From positions 216-64,215 of the forward strand of contig CAIJZI010000009.1 in assembly GCA_903825105.1 (NCBI GenBank): a DNA stretch of 64,000 nucleotides. Reading direction: 5' to 3'. The position numbers and the translations under genes are program-made. The notes under the pieces are model-generated. The model did no database searches and was not told the origin of the DNA. It was given only the letters and a program-made list of their open reading frames with translations. This document shows, one piece after another, positions 19,543-27,761 of the stretch (its first letter is position 1; each line of letters begins with the position of its first letter). The stretch comes from an uncultured bacterium (GTDB taxonomy: Bacteria; Patescibacteriota; Minisyncoccia; Phycocordibacterales; Phycocordibacteraceae).

Positions 19543-20324
19543 ATGCCGCCATTTTGGCGCATACGGTCGACCGAGCTACTCGCCTCTTCACGAATAGTGC
19601 TCCCAGTTAATTTCAAAAACGCTTTTTCGAGTGTGTCGGTTCCTGTTTTCTCCTTCAATTCTTCACTTGTGCCTTCTGCAATAATCACGCCATGGTCGAT
19701 AATCGCGATACGCTTGGCAGTATTCTCCGCCTCCTCCATATAATGCGTCGTGAAGAAAACGGTCACGCCTTCTTCAGCATTTAACTTCTTTACATAATTC
19801 CAGAGGTGATTACGCGTCTGCGGGTCGAGACCGATCGTCGGCTCATCGAGGAAAATAATCTTTGGGTGATGCAATAATCCACGCGCGATTTCGAGGCGGC
19901 GCTTCATCCCGCCAGAAAAGTCGCGAACGAAATCATTTTTCCTATCCGCGAGCTCTACGAGCGCGAGGAGCTCATCGATGCGTGCATCGAGAATATTCTT
20001 CTCCACGCCATAGAGCGCACCGTGAAGTTTTAAATTCTCGAGAGCGGTCAAGTCTTCGTCGAGCGACGGATCTTGGAAGACGATGCCGAAGGAGTGTCGC
20101 GCGCCGTCAGAATTGGTCACCGGATTAAATCCGTTTATAAGAATAGTACCCGCAGTCGGGTGCGAGAGGGTGGTGAGCATCTTAATTGTCGTCGACTTCC
20201 CTGCGCCATTTGGCCCCAGGAATGCGAAAATCTCTCCTGCTTCAACAGAAAAAGAAATATCGTTCACGGCGACAAACTCGCCGAACTTCTTGGTGAGGTT
20301 CTTTACTTCAATAATATTCTGCAT
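19521..20324 (-). CDS. ABC transporter ATP-binding protein (ABC-2/DrrA-like)
   Basis: Walker A GPNGAGKST, signature SGGMKRR, Walker B IFLDEPT. Confidence 0.85.
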   Translation of the reverse strand: MQNIIEVKNLTKKFGEFVAVNDISFSVEAGEIFAFLGPNGAGKSTTIKMLTTLSHPTAGTILINGFNPVTNSDGARHSFGIVFQDPSLDEDLTALENLKLHGALYGVEKNILDARIDELLALVELADRKNDFVRDFSGGMKRRLEIARGLLHHPKIIFLDEPTIGLDPQTRNHLWNYVKKLNAEEGVTVFFTTHYMEEAENTAKRIAIIDHGVIIAEGTSEELKEKTGTDTLEKAFLKLTGSTIREEASSSVDRMRQNGGMWRGRGH

Positions 20325-20410
20325 GATTCACTCTTTAATACGCCCAGTATACCATTTTGTTTTGTGGACTAATAATTTACTGAGATAATCTAATGCTAAA
20401 ATAAGTGAAC

Positions 20411-20477
20411 GCCATCGGCTGGTGCGGAAATGGATTTGTCAACCTATTTTCTGAGGGTTCGATTCCCTCCGGTGGCT
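20411..20477 (+). other. tRNA-like minihelix (acceptor stem plus T-arm, no anticodon arm)
   Basis: gccatcg...gaggg-ttcgatt-ccctc-cggtggc: 7-bp acceptor with one GU and a canonical T-arm, but no anticodon stem and no CCA. Confidence 0.3.
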
Positions 20478-20510
20478 TGAAATGGTTATCCACAGCGTCG
20501 TTATAGATAC

Positions 20511-20538
20511 TTGACACGAATATGTGGTTCGATATACT
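20511..20538 (+). promoter_or_regulatory. Sigma70-like promoter (TTGACA-16-TATACT)
   Basis: Consensus hexamers seen directly. Confidence 0.55.
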
Positions 20539-20544
20539 TTCCAT

Positions 20545-20623
20545 ACGGGTTGACAAGTCCGTTTCCGAAGGTCGAACCTTCATACGCAAACCGCCGCTCG
20601 CAAGAGCGGCGGGTTGCTTTTTG
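20545..20623 (+). ncRNA. Candidate ~80-nt small RNA (promoter, three hairpins, intrinsic terminator)
   Basis: Promoter at 20511; ends in ccgccgctc-gcaa-gagcggcgg plus U-run; no ORF. Confidence 0.4.
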
Positions 20624-20689
20624 CGTGCCCCAAAACACGGCGTACCTATACCCTCTTTTAGGACAAGGTTAAACCTTGTTTAGGCTAAT

Positions 20690-22375
20690 TTATTTCTTCT
20701 TTCTAGTAATCGCTGCTTTGAGGAATTCGGTAAAGAGCGGGTGCGGAGCGAGCGGGCGAGCTTGAAGCTCGGGGTGGAATTGTGTCCCGAGCATAAAAGG
20801 GTGCACCGACTTCGGCAATTCAGCGATCTCCATAAGAATCGAGTCGGGCGAGGTGCCCGAGAAGACGAGCCCAGCGTCTTCGAGCTGTTTAATATATTTT
20901 GGATTTATCTCGTAGCGATGACGATGACGCTCTTCTACCAACTCTTTTTTATACGCCGCGCGCGCGGTCGTTCCCTTTTTTAAATAACACGGATACACGC
21001 CGAGGCGCATCGTGCCGCCATATTTATTATCAGCAATATGCTTTTTCTGTTCGAGCATCACATCAACGACCGGGTCAGCTGCAGTTTTTTTAATTTCTGT
21101 CGTGTGGGCATCTTTAATCCCGAGGACATTGCGCGCGTACTCGACGACCATCAGCTGCATGCCGTAGCAGAGGCCGAAATAGGGGATCTTCTTTTCGCGG
21201 GCTAACTGAATCGCCTTTATTTTCCCTTCGATACCCGTCTCGCCGAAGCCACCAGGGACGATGATGCCGTCGAATTTCGCGAGCGCCGCTGCGGCGCTCG
21301 CGCCTCCCTTTCTTCCGCCAGAGGCGGATCCGCCTTCGGCGGACAAATCCTTCGCATTCACCCACGAGATTTTTGGCTTACGATTTAACTTCGCGGCAGA
21401 GAATTTAATCGCTTCAATCACCGAGAGATAAGCGTCCGAGAGCACGAAGTCGCCGGTGTCAAAATATTTCCCTACGATGGCGATATGTACTTCTTTTGCT
21501 TTTACATTTGTCGCTGCGGTGACAAACTTCTTCCACGCTGCGAGCGTGCTCTTATTCTTTTCTGGCAAGCGAAGCGCGTCGAGCAGAAGCTTGTCGAGGT
21601 GTTCGCGTTCGAAGTTGAGCGGCACTTCATAAATACTCTTGATGTCTGGGGCGGCGATAATTCTGTCTGGACGAACGCTACAGGATATCGCCAATTTTTC
21701 TTTCCGCTTCTCATCAATCTCGTGCGTCGAGCGCGCGACGATAAAGTCTGGCTGAACGCCATACGAATTAAGCGCGCGCACCGCCGACTGTGTCGGTTTC
21801 GTCTTCATCTCGCCAAGCGTCCCTGGCACAGGCAGATATGAGACCATCACGAAGAGGACATCGTCTGGCCTTTGCATCTTCAGCACACGCGCCGCTTCGA
21901 TAAAAAGGGCGTTTTGGAAATCGCCCACCGTACCGCCGATTTCAATAATAGAGACTCGGCTGTCGTTACCGACAGCCGAGGCCTCAATTCTATTTAAAAT
22001 TTCGTCGCGCACATGCGGAATCGTCTCAACGCATTTCCCGCCGTAGCCGAGCGCGCGCTCACGCTCGATCACCGAGCGATACACCATTCCGCTCGTCATA
22101 TAATCCTGATTGCTCAAATCGCGATTCAAAAATCGTTCATAATTCCCCATATCCTGATCGGTCTCGAGCCCACTGCGCAGGACGAAAGTCTCGCCGTGCT
22201 CGGTCGGGTTCATCGTCCCCGCGTCGACATTTAAATACGGATCTATTTTTACCAAGTTTACCGGATACCCTTTTTGTTGAAGCAGGAGCCCGATCGAACT
22301 CGCGACAACACCCTTACCAACGCCACTCATCACGCCTCCAAGGACGAATATATATTTATGATCTTCTCTACCCAT
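20690..22375 (-). CDS. pyrG: CTP synthase
   Basis: N-terminal synthetase motif IFVLGGVMSGVGKG and a C-terminal glutamine amidotransferase domain with catalytic Cys (GLCYGMQ). Confidence 0.95.
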   Translation of the reverse strand: MGREDHKYIFVLGGVMSGVGKGVVASSIGLLLQQKGYPVNLVKIDPYLNVDAGTMNPTEHGETFVLRSGLETDQDMGNYERFLNRDLSNQDYMTSGMVYRSVIERERALGYGGKCVETIPHVRDEILNRIEASAVGNDSRVSIIEIGGTVGDFQNALFIEAARVLKMQRPDDVLFVMVSYLPVPGTLGEMKTKPTQSAVRALNSYGVQPDFIVARSTHEIDEKRKEKLAISCSVRPDRIIAAPDIKSIYEVPLNFEREHLDKLLLDALRLPEKNKSTLAAWKKFVTAATNVKAKEVHIAIVGKYFDTGDFVLSDAYLSVIEAIKFSAAKLNRKPKISWVNAKDLSAEGGSASGGRKGGASAAAALAKFDGIIVPGGFGETGIEGKIKAIQLAREKKIPYFGLCYGMQLMVVEYARNVLGIKDAHTTEIKKTAADPVVDVMLEQKKHIADNKYGGTMRLGVYPCYLKKGTTARAAYKKELVEERHRHRYEINPKYIKQLEDAGLVFSGTSPDSILMEIAELPKSVHPFMLGTQFHPELQARPLAPHPLFTEFLKAAITRKKK

Positions 22376-22376
22376 A

Positions 22377-23306
22377 TCAAATCGTTAAATATTTTCTAAT
22401 CGCTAACAATGACGCCGCCCCGCCGAGCACAATTCCCGAGACAAGCAGAATGATGAATATGAGGAAGAAGTGATCGGTATAATAGTTCGAGACATTAAAG
22501 CCGCCGAGCCAGCCCGATGTTTTCATTCCAGCATACCAGGTCGCTGGCCAGAGGATAAATAAAACAAGAATCGTCGCAATGATGCCATTAATAATACCCG
22601 CGACGATAAACGGCCCGCGGATGTAGGAGTTACTCGCGCCAACGAGCCGCATCACCGCGATTTCATCTTTCGCCGTATAGATAGCGAGGCGAATCGTCGC
22701 GAATGCGATAAGAATCGAAGCGAGTGCGAAGAGGACAACAATCGCGAAGCCAATTTCTTTTGTCGCTTGCATCGCGAGCGAGAGACGATCGATCACTTCT
22801 TTATTTTGTTGATAATTAATACGGTCAATGAGAGAAGAACCGCCTGCTGATAAGGCTGGTGAGGCCTCGAGGAAGCTCACGATACTGTCATATTCTGACG
22901 GATCTTTTGCACGCACTTCAAGAGAAGCATCAAGAGGGTTCCCACCGAGTTCATCGAGCGCCTGAAGCGTTAATTGGTCAGTCGCGTGACGAGCGCGAAA
23001 TGCTGTAAGAGCCTCGTCAGCAGAGGTGTACGAAACATTCTCGACTTGAGGTAATTTCTCGAGTTGGCTCTTTACAGAGAGAATGCCGCTCTCGCTCGCT
23101 GTTGTGACGAAATAAACGGAGACATCAACCTTATCCTTAATCGCATCGAGCGTGAATGACAATAATGCCGAGAGGAAAATGAGCGAACCGATAATCGCGA
23201 GCGTCACCGTCATAATAATGACCGTTGCAGCAGAAACAGCTCCGCCACGAATAAAATTTTTCCCTCCGCTCACGAGCACTCTTTTTATCGCCATCCAGTT
23301 GTTCAT
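22377..23306 (-). CDS. ftsX: Cell division ABC transporter permease FtsX
   Basis: FtsX topology; immediately downstream of ftsE. Confidence 0.8.
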   Translation of the reverse strand: MNNWMAIKRVLVSGGKNFIRGGAVSAATVIIMTVTLAIIGSLIFLSALLSFTLDAIKDKVDVSVYFVTTASESGILSVKSQLEKLPQVENVSYTSADEALTAFRARHATDQLTLQALDELGGNPLDASLEVRAKDPSEYDSIVSFLEASPALSAGGSSLIDRINYQQNKEVIDRLSLAMQATKEIGFAIVVLFALASILIAFATIRLAIYTAKDEIAVMRLVGASNSYIRGPFIVAGIINGIIATILVLFILWPATWYAGMKTSGWLGGFNVSNYYTDHFFLIFIILLVSGIVLGGAASLLAIRKYLTI

Positions 23307-23330
23307 AAGTTTATTGTATCAGACGCCATT

Positions 23331-24008
23331 TCATAAGATATATTTCCCGTCTGCGTCATCACGCACGAGGCGGCCGCGGTCCATCGTGACCACGCGTCTG
23401 CCGATCGCGTCAACGACGCCCTTGTTGTGCGTCGTGATAAGTACCGTCGTGCCGAGCTCGTTAATCTTTTTCAAAATTTCGACGATTTCATAGGTATTGA
23501 TAGGGTCGAGATTGCCAGTTGGCTCGTCGGCGATGATGAGCTCGGGCTGATTAATAATCGCTCTGCCAATCGCCACACGCTGTTTCTCGCCGCCAGAGAG
23601 CTGATCGGGGAAATGCGAGGCTTTATCTGAAAGATTCACGAGTTCGAGGATGTAGGGCACATCGCTCGCGATCTCTGAATCGGTTCTGCCAGCCGCTTCC
23701 ATCGCGAAGGCGATATTCTCATATGCGGTCTTATTTGGAATGAGGCGAAAATCTTGGAAGACCATCCCGATCTTTCGGCGATAGTGGTGAAGCGCCGAAC
23801 TCGGCAAGTCATTAACATTCACGGATTGAAAAAATACTGAGCCTTCAGTTGGGGACTCTTCGGCGAGAAGCAATTTAAGAAGCGTCGTCTTCCCTGCGCC
23901 CGAGTGTCCGACAATCGAGACGAATTCTTTTGGGGCGATAGATAGAGTAACCTCTTCAAGCGCGGCGGCATTCCCATATTTCTTCGTCACCTTGTCGAAG
24001 TAAATCAT
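23331..24008 (-). CDS. ftsE: Cell division ATP-binding protein FtsE
   Basis: GHSGAGKTTLLK and LSGGEKQRVAIGRA. Confidence 0.9.
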   Translation of the reverse strand: MIYFDKVTKKYGNAAALEEVTLSIAPKEFVSIVGHSGAGKTTLLKLLLAEESPTEGSVFFQSVNVNDLPSSALHHYRRKIGMVFQDFRLIPNKTAYENIAFAMEAAGRTDSEIASDVPYILELVNLSDKASHFPDQLSGGEKQRVAIGRAIINQPELIIADEPTGNLDPINTYEIVEILKKINELGTTVLITTHNKGVVDAIGRRVVTMDRGRLVRDDADGKYIL

Positions 24009-24017
24009 TGTCGCCTT

Positions 24018-24914
24018 TTATTGTACCTCATCCGCGCGCGTTCCGTCGAGTGTGGACGCAGCGTCGATAAATTCGTCGAGATCGCCCTCGAGAACTTTGT
24101 CCGGATTACCCGATTCGTGACCGGTACGGTGGTCCTTCACCATTTTATAGGGGTGGAGAACATAGGAACGGATCTGACTGCCCCACTCGTTCGCTGTTGT
24201 CGCCGCGATACTTCTCCCCTTCGCCTCTGCGTCGCGTTCTGCTTCTTCTTTTTTAAATATTTTTGCTTTTAAGAGTTCAAGTGCTTTTTCTTTATTTGCT
24301 AATTGGCTGCGTTCGCTCGAAATATGCACAGAGATATTGGTCGGCTTATGGAGAATGCGTACCGCCGTCTCGCGTTTATTCACATTCTGTCCTCCTGCGC
24401 CGCCACTGCGTGCGAATTGGATTTCTAAATCGTCTGGCTTCAATTCAATTTTGTCAGTCGCGACAAGCGTCGGCAGAACTTCAACCAGTGCAAAAGAAGT
24501 TTGGCGCTTCGCGTTGGCATTAAAGGGCGATTGACGCACGAGCCTGTGCACGCCCGATTCGTGCTTGAGCCGACCATAAACGCCAGCACCCGAAATTTCT
24601 AATAAAAAGTTTCTATACCCACCGTGATCATTCTCGTTCGCGTGGAGCTCGTGTACACGCCAACCTTTTTTACTCGCATAGCCTTCATACATTCTGCGCA
24701 GCATCCGCGCGAAGTCTTCAGCGTCGTCGCCGCCAGCGCCAGCGAGAATCGCGAGGGTCGCATTACCAGAATCGTGCCCGTCGCCAGAATTATTCTCTTT
24801 TAACGACTGGTATTCCTGCACGAGCGCCTGTGCCTTCTCTTTATCCAACCAGAAGTCGGGCGATGACATCATCGCTTCAAGTTCTCGCATTCGTTCTTCT
24901 CTTTCTTTCTCCAT
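24018..24914 (-). CDS. prfB: Peptide chain release factor 2 (short, no programmed frameshift detected)
   Basis: GGQ motif ([13 protein letters not shown]) and SPF tripeptide (RQSPFNA); no CTT TGA C site upstream. Confidence 0.9.
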   Translation of the reverse strand: MEKEREERMRELEAMMSSPDFWLDKEKAQALVQEYQSLKENNSGDGHDSGNATLAILAGAGGDDAEDFARMLRRMYEGYASKKGWRVHELHANENDHGGYRNFLLEISGAGVYGRLKHESGVHRLVRQSPFNANAKRQTSFALVEVLPTLVATDKIELKPDDLEIQFARSGGAGGQNVNKRETAVRILHKPTNISVHISSERSQLANKEKALELLKAKIFKKEEAERDAEAKGRSIAATTANEWGSQIRSYVLHPYKMVKDHRTGHESGNPDKVLEGDLDEFIDAASTLDGTRADEVQ

Positions 24915-24945
24915 AAGCTTTAGTATATCAAATTTTCAAGGGTAC

Positions 24946-24973
24946 TTGACAGGATAGCCAAGAGGTGTATAAT
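24946..24973 (+). promoter_or_regulatory. Sigma70 consensus promoter (TTGACA-16-TATAAT)
   Basis: Perfect hexamers, then GAAGGAGGT RBS and ATG at 24995. Confidence 0.7.
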
Positions 24974-24994
24974 AGAGGGCAGAAGGAGGTGCTT

Positions 24995-25432
24995 ATGAGC
25001 ACCCAAGGAGTTCTTGTTGACCTGGGGGCGGTAATGACTTATATCGTGTCCCCGACGCGGACTGTTCTCGTAAAGGACATGTCCAAAAAAAATCCGCTGT
25101 TCAAACTCCCAGGCGGAGGAATCGAGGAGGGAGAAGATGTCGTAGCGACCGCCATCCGCGAAGTCGCTGAGGAAACAGGGATCAAACTCTCGCCCTCTGA
25201 AATCGAGTGGTGGTATCCGGAAGAGCGGGAAAACGGTCGCTATCTTCCCCACTTCTGCGTGGCGAGAATCTCGGAAGAGAAACTCGACACCTACACAAAA
25301 ATCGGTGACGAGGATGGGGTGCCGATAAAGGTGGAAGTCTTCGACCGCGCCGAAGTATCCGAGCTCGGAAATGACTCGGTGCTCTCGAAACACCTGCGTC
25401 TCATTCTAGACGCAGAAAGCAAGATTAACTAA
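24995..25432 (+). CDS. NUDIX hydrolase
   Basis: Nudix box GGIEEGEDVVATAIREVAEETGI; start set at the Met with a strong GGAGG RBS. Confidence 0.8.
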   Translation: MSTQGVLVDLGAVMTYIVSPTRTVLVKDMSKKNPLFKLPGGGIEEGEDVVATAIREVAEETGIKLSPSEIEWWYPEERENGRYLPHFCVARISEEKLDTYTKIGDEDGVPIKVEVFDRAEVSELGNDSVLSKHLRLILDAESKIN

Positions 25433-25434
25433 CA

Positions 25435-25485
25435 CAGGCTCGGAATCACCTTAAGTTTAGGTGGCTCCGAGCCTGTTTTCTTTTT
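25435..25485 (+). terminator. Rho-independent terminator
   Basis: 10-bp stem caggctcgga/tccgagcctg followed by TTTTCTTTTT. Confidence 0.75.
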
Positions 25486-25510
25486 CTATTTTTTCTTTTT
25501 CTATTTTCTG

Positions 25511-25583
25511 AGCCACCCCGGAGAATCGGACTCCGGACCTTCGCGTTACGAATGCGATGCTCTACCAACTGAGCTAGGGTGGC
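25511..25583 (-). tRNA. tRNA-Thr(CGT), atypical T-loop TCCGATT
   Basis: Acceptor GCCACCC/GGGTGGC, D-arm GCTCAGTTGGTAGAGC, anticodon loop TTCGTAA; A31:C39 mismatch and C at position 55. Confidence 0.7.
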
Positions 25584-25629
25584 ACAAGAAGAGAATAACA
25601 CACGCTTTCACGAACGAGAATCTTTTTTG

Positions 25630-25882
25630 AGCCGAGAGTCGGGATTGAACCGACGACCTCATCCTTCGCTTATACCTCATCTTCTAAGCCACATAATGAG
25701 GGCTAGACTGTATCTTTTCGCTTTTGAGCGAACCCTTGTCAGTCGTTCGGGCGCTTGGGCGCCACGGTCTTGGCTTGTGGAGCTATTAACCGTTATTCGG
25801 GATTCACGATCCTCTCTCGAGAACCGTGGGCAGGATTTTGCGACCCACCATGGATGTGCTCTACCAACTGAGCTATCTCGGC
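25630..25882 (-). tRNA. tRNA-Thr(GGT) interrupted by a ~180-nt intron in the anticodon loop
   Basis: 5' half GCCGAGA-TA-GCTCAGTTGGTAGAGC-A-CATCC-ATGGT and 3' half AA-GGATG-AGGTC-GTCGG-TTCAATC-CCGAC-TCTCGGC are 180 nt apart; spliced loop is ATGGTAA. Confidence 0.6.
25667..25846 (-). ncRNA. Group I-like self-splicing intron (candidate) inside tRNA-Thr(GGT)
   Basis: 5' exon ends in U and intron ends in G; AAGATACAGTCT resembles the group I S element (AAGATATAGTCC), pairing with an upstream GACTG (R/P7-like). Confidence 0.5.
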
Positions 25883-26063
25883 GAAGTGAGGAAGAAAGCG
25901 TGTATGTCTGCATATACACTTTCTTTCCGAACGAGCCGAGGAAAACTTTTTCGAGTCTTCGAGAAACAAGTTTATCGCGGCAATCATCCTCCTATCGCAC
26001 CATTTGAGTCTACGCTATTTCTCTTCCCTTTTCAAAGCCGACGCTTCGGTCGGCTCTCCGCCT

Positions 26064-26303
26064 TCATACGGCGGAGTACACTAATATACCAATCACTAAT
26101 ATCAAATCGAAGATCACGACGAGGGTGTTGGCGAAGAATAGTTGTTTATCTTTATGAATCGCGCCATAGATCATCCACAAAATGTTGAAGAAGGTAATGA
26201 GCACCCAAGTCATCAGCGAGACGCCAGCAGTGTTTTTTGTAATATAAATATCTCTAATCTGCGGGAAGAGCGACACCGGCCCGATAAAGCCAGCGACATA
26301 CAT
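26064..26303 (-). CDS. SemiSWEET / PQ-loop family small sugar transporter (3 TM)
   Basis: PQ motif (SLFPQIRDI) in TM1 and ~80 aa; start trimmed to the internal Met. Confidence 0.5.
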   Translation of the reverse strand: MYVAGFIGPVSLFPQIRDIYITKNTAGVSLMTWVLITFFNILWMIYGAIHKDKQLFFANTLVVIFDLILVIGILVYSAV

Positions 26304-26410
26304 CAGGTAGTCAAAGTATCTCTCGAGCGTCTTTTCTGATGGAAATGGTTTTAGATTATTTCGCATGCGCGCGCGGATATGGTGGAAACCAGTCATGCTA
26401 TAGTTATAGC

Positions 26411-26764
26411 ATGGAAGGACTCACTAATTATGAAAAAACAGAGCGCCCGTGGGGAAACTTCGAGCGCTTCACGCTCAATGAATCGTCAACGGTAAAAATA
26501 ATTTCTGTAAAAGGTGGCGAGGAGTTAAGCCTGCAAATGCATTTTCACCGCGACGAGTTTGGAAAAATATTAAAAGGTAATGGCACTCTGCAAGTTGGAG
26601 AAAGTGAACGAGAAGTAAAAGAGGGCGACTCATTTTTTATCCCGCGAGAAACAAAGCACCGGGTGACCGCGGGCGCGAGCGGTATCGATTATCTCGAAAT
26701 CGCCTTTGGCGAATTCGATGAGGAGGACGAGACGCGCATCGAAGACGATTACGGGAGGATTTAG
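26411..26764 (+). CDS. Cupin-domain protein (mannose-6-phosphate isomerase type II C-terminal-like)
   Basis: ERPWG...H.H...E cupin metal-site pattern; start at internal Met. Confidence 0.5.
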   Translation: MEGLTNYEKTERPWGNFERFTLNESSTVKIISVKGGEELSLQMHFHRDEFGKILKGNGTLQVGESEREVKEGDSFFIPRETKHRVTAGASGIDYLEIAFGEFDEEDETRIEDDYGRI

Positions 26765-26825
26765 ACAAAAAGAACCCCGCACACCTCTCGCTTAAAAAGC
26801 GATTGATATGCGGGATCCGTGCCCA

Positions 26826-27299
26826 CTAGTTAAGCTGCTGGAATCCCATCAGAGAATAAACCCGTTGATGGACCCCGTTGTATACAACCGGACACAACCT
26901 CGTGCCTTTTGTCGGACAATTCAAGAGACACACTCGTGCATCCCACCCATTGGCAATTACTCTCGAACCGAGCGCTATGACGGCAGCCCTCCCATCCTCC
27001 GAAGGAAAAACGTCCTTATGGAAAGAGAAGGCGAGATGCCAAGCGGTCGGAAGATTCCAACCAGCAGACACGATGGCGTCCTGCTCTTCTTCCCAATCGG
27101 GAGAGAACAGGTGGCCATTTGTCTTATGAAAGAGGATCCCTTCGAACTTGAAGGTTTTTCTAATTCCGCAATCAGTCTTGACCTGGTCAGCGATGTCATC
27201 GCAGACACCCAAAGGGCGGCCAGTTTTCTTCTCGATAAGCGACCGAAACTTTGAGTGATATGTACCTTCGAAACGGAAAGGCTTTCCTTTTGTGAACAT
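26826..27299 (-). CDS. Hypothetical protein
   Basis: Minus ORF with a GGGGAG RBS before Met 27299; a competing plus-strand ORF exists. Confidence 0.3.
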   Translation of the reverse strand: MFTKGKPFRFEGTYHSKFRSLIEKKTGRPLGVCDDIADQVKTDCGIRKTFKFEGILFHKTNGHLFSPDWEEEQDAIVSAGWNLPTAWHLAFSFHKDVFPSEDGRAAVIALGSRVIANGWDARVCLLNCPTKGTRLCPVVYNGVHQRVYSLMGFQQLN

Positions 27300-27387
27300 T
27301 GTTCTCCCCGATTTACAAGATTTTGAAAAAGAGCAGATACGCTCCACGGGCAGTATATACCGCCTTGATTTATTAGCAATGCTTCGC

Positions 27388-27420
27388 ATAAAAACGGGCG
27401 CCCACTGAGGTGAGCGCCCG
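27388..27420 (-). terminator. Rho-independent terminator
   Basis: cgggcgc...gcgcccg hairpin followed on the minus strand by UUUUU. Confidence 0.65.
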
Positions 27421-27429
27421 ATCAAACGA

Positions 27430-27654
27430 TCAACCTGCTTCATCAAAACCGATTTTGAGCTGACCGTACAATTCAAGCTGTTTGTGTTTCGGGATTTCTC
27501 CGATCAAGAGCTCCAAGGAGGTGAGAAAATCCTCAATGTCACTCTTGAGATCTTGGCTCGTTGAACATTTTGTCCTGAACAAGGCGACGAGAAGTTTCAT
27601 TCTCGTTGAAAGACTTTTGTCGAGAGTCAGTGCCTCTTGCGCTGCGATCGTCAT
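27430..27654 (-). CDS. Small acidic protein (74 aa) co-transcribed downstream of the radical SAM gene
   Basis: Start at internal Met MTIAAQEAL with a GAGG RBS; the longer annotated ORF overlaps the rSAM gene. Confidence 0.4.
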   Translation of the reverse strand: MTIAAQEALTLDKSLSTRMKLLVALFRTKCSTSQDLKSDIEDFLTSLELLIGEIPKHKQLELYGQLKIGFDEAG

Positions 27655-27761
27655 TTTAATACCTCGCTCGAATCCGTTTGAACTGTACTCCTCAACAAAA
27701 TAGAAAGCAATATTTAGAAAAACCCGCCGGCGGAGCCGGCGGGGATCGATTAGAGAAAGAA

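Noticed and set aside
20411-20477. Calling this a genuine tRNA gene
   Set aside because: No anticodon stem-loop of any register can be formed in the 35 nt between the acceptor and T-arm, total length is only ~66 nt, and there is no CCA; it is kept only as a tRNA-like minihelix.
24915-24960. Programmed +1 frameshift site for prfB
   Set aside because: No CTT TGA C (or similar slippery-stop) exists upstream in any frame, and the only upstream in-frame TGA is in the zero frame; concluded there is no frameshift.
26808-27254. Plus-strand 148-aa ORF between the cupin gene and the small protein
   Set aside because: The overlapping minus-strand ORF has a good GGGGAG RBS at its internal Met and matches the operon direction; the plus ORF has no RBS. 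Both are low-confidence.
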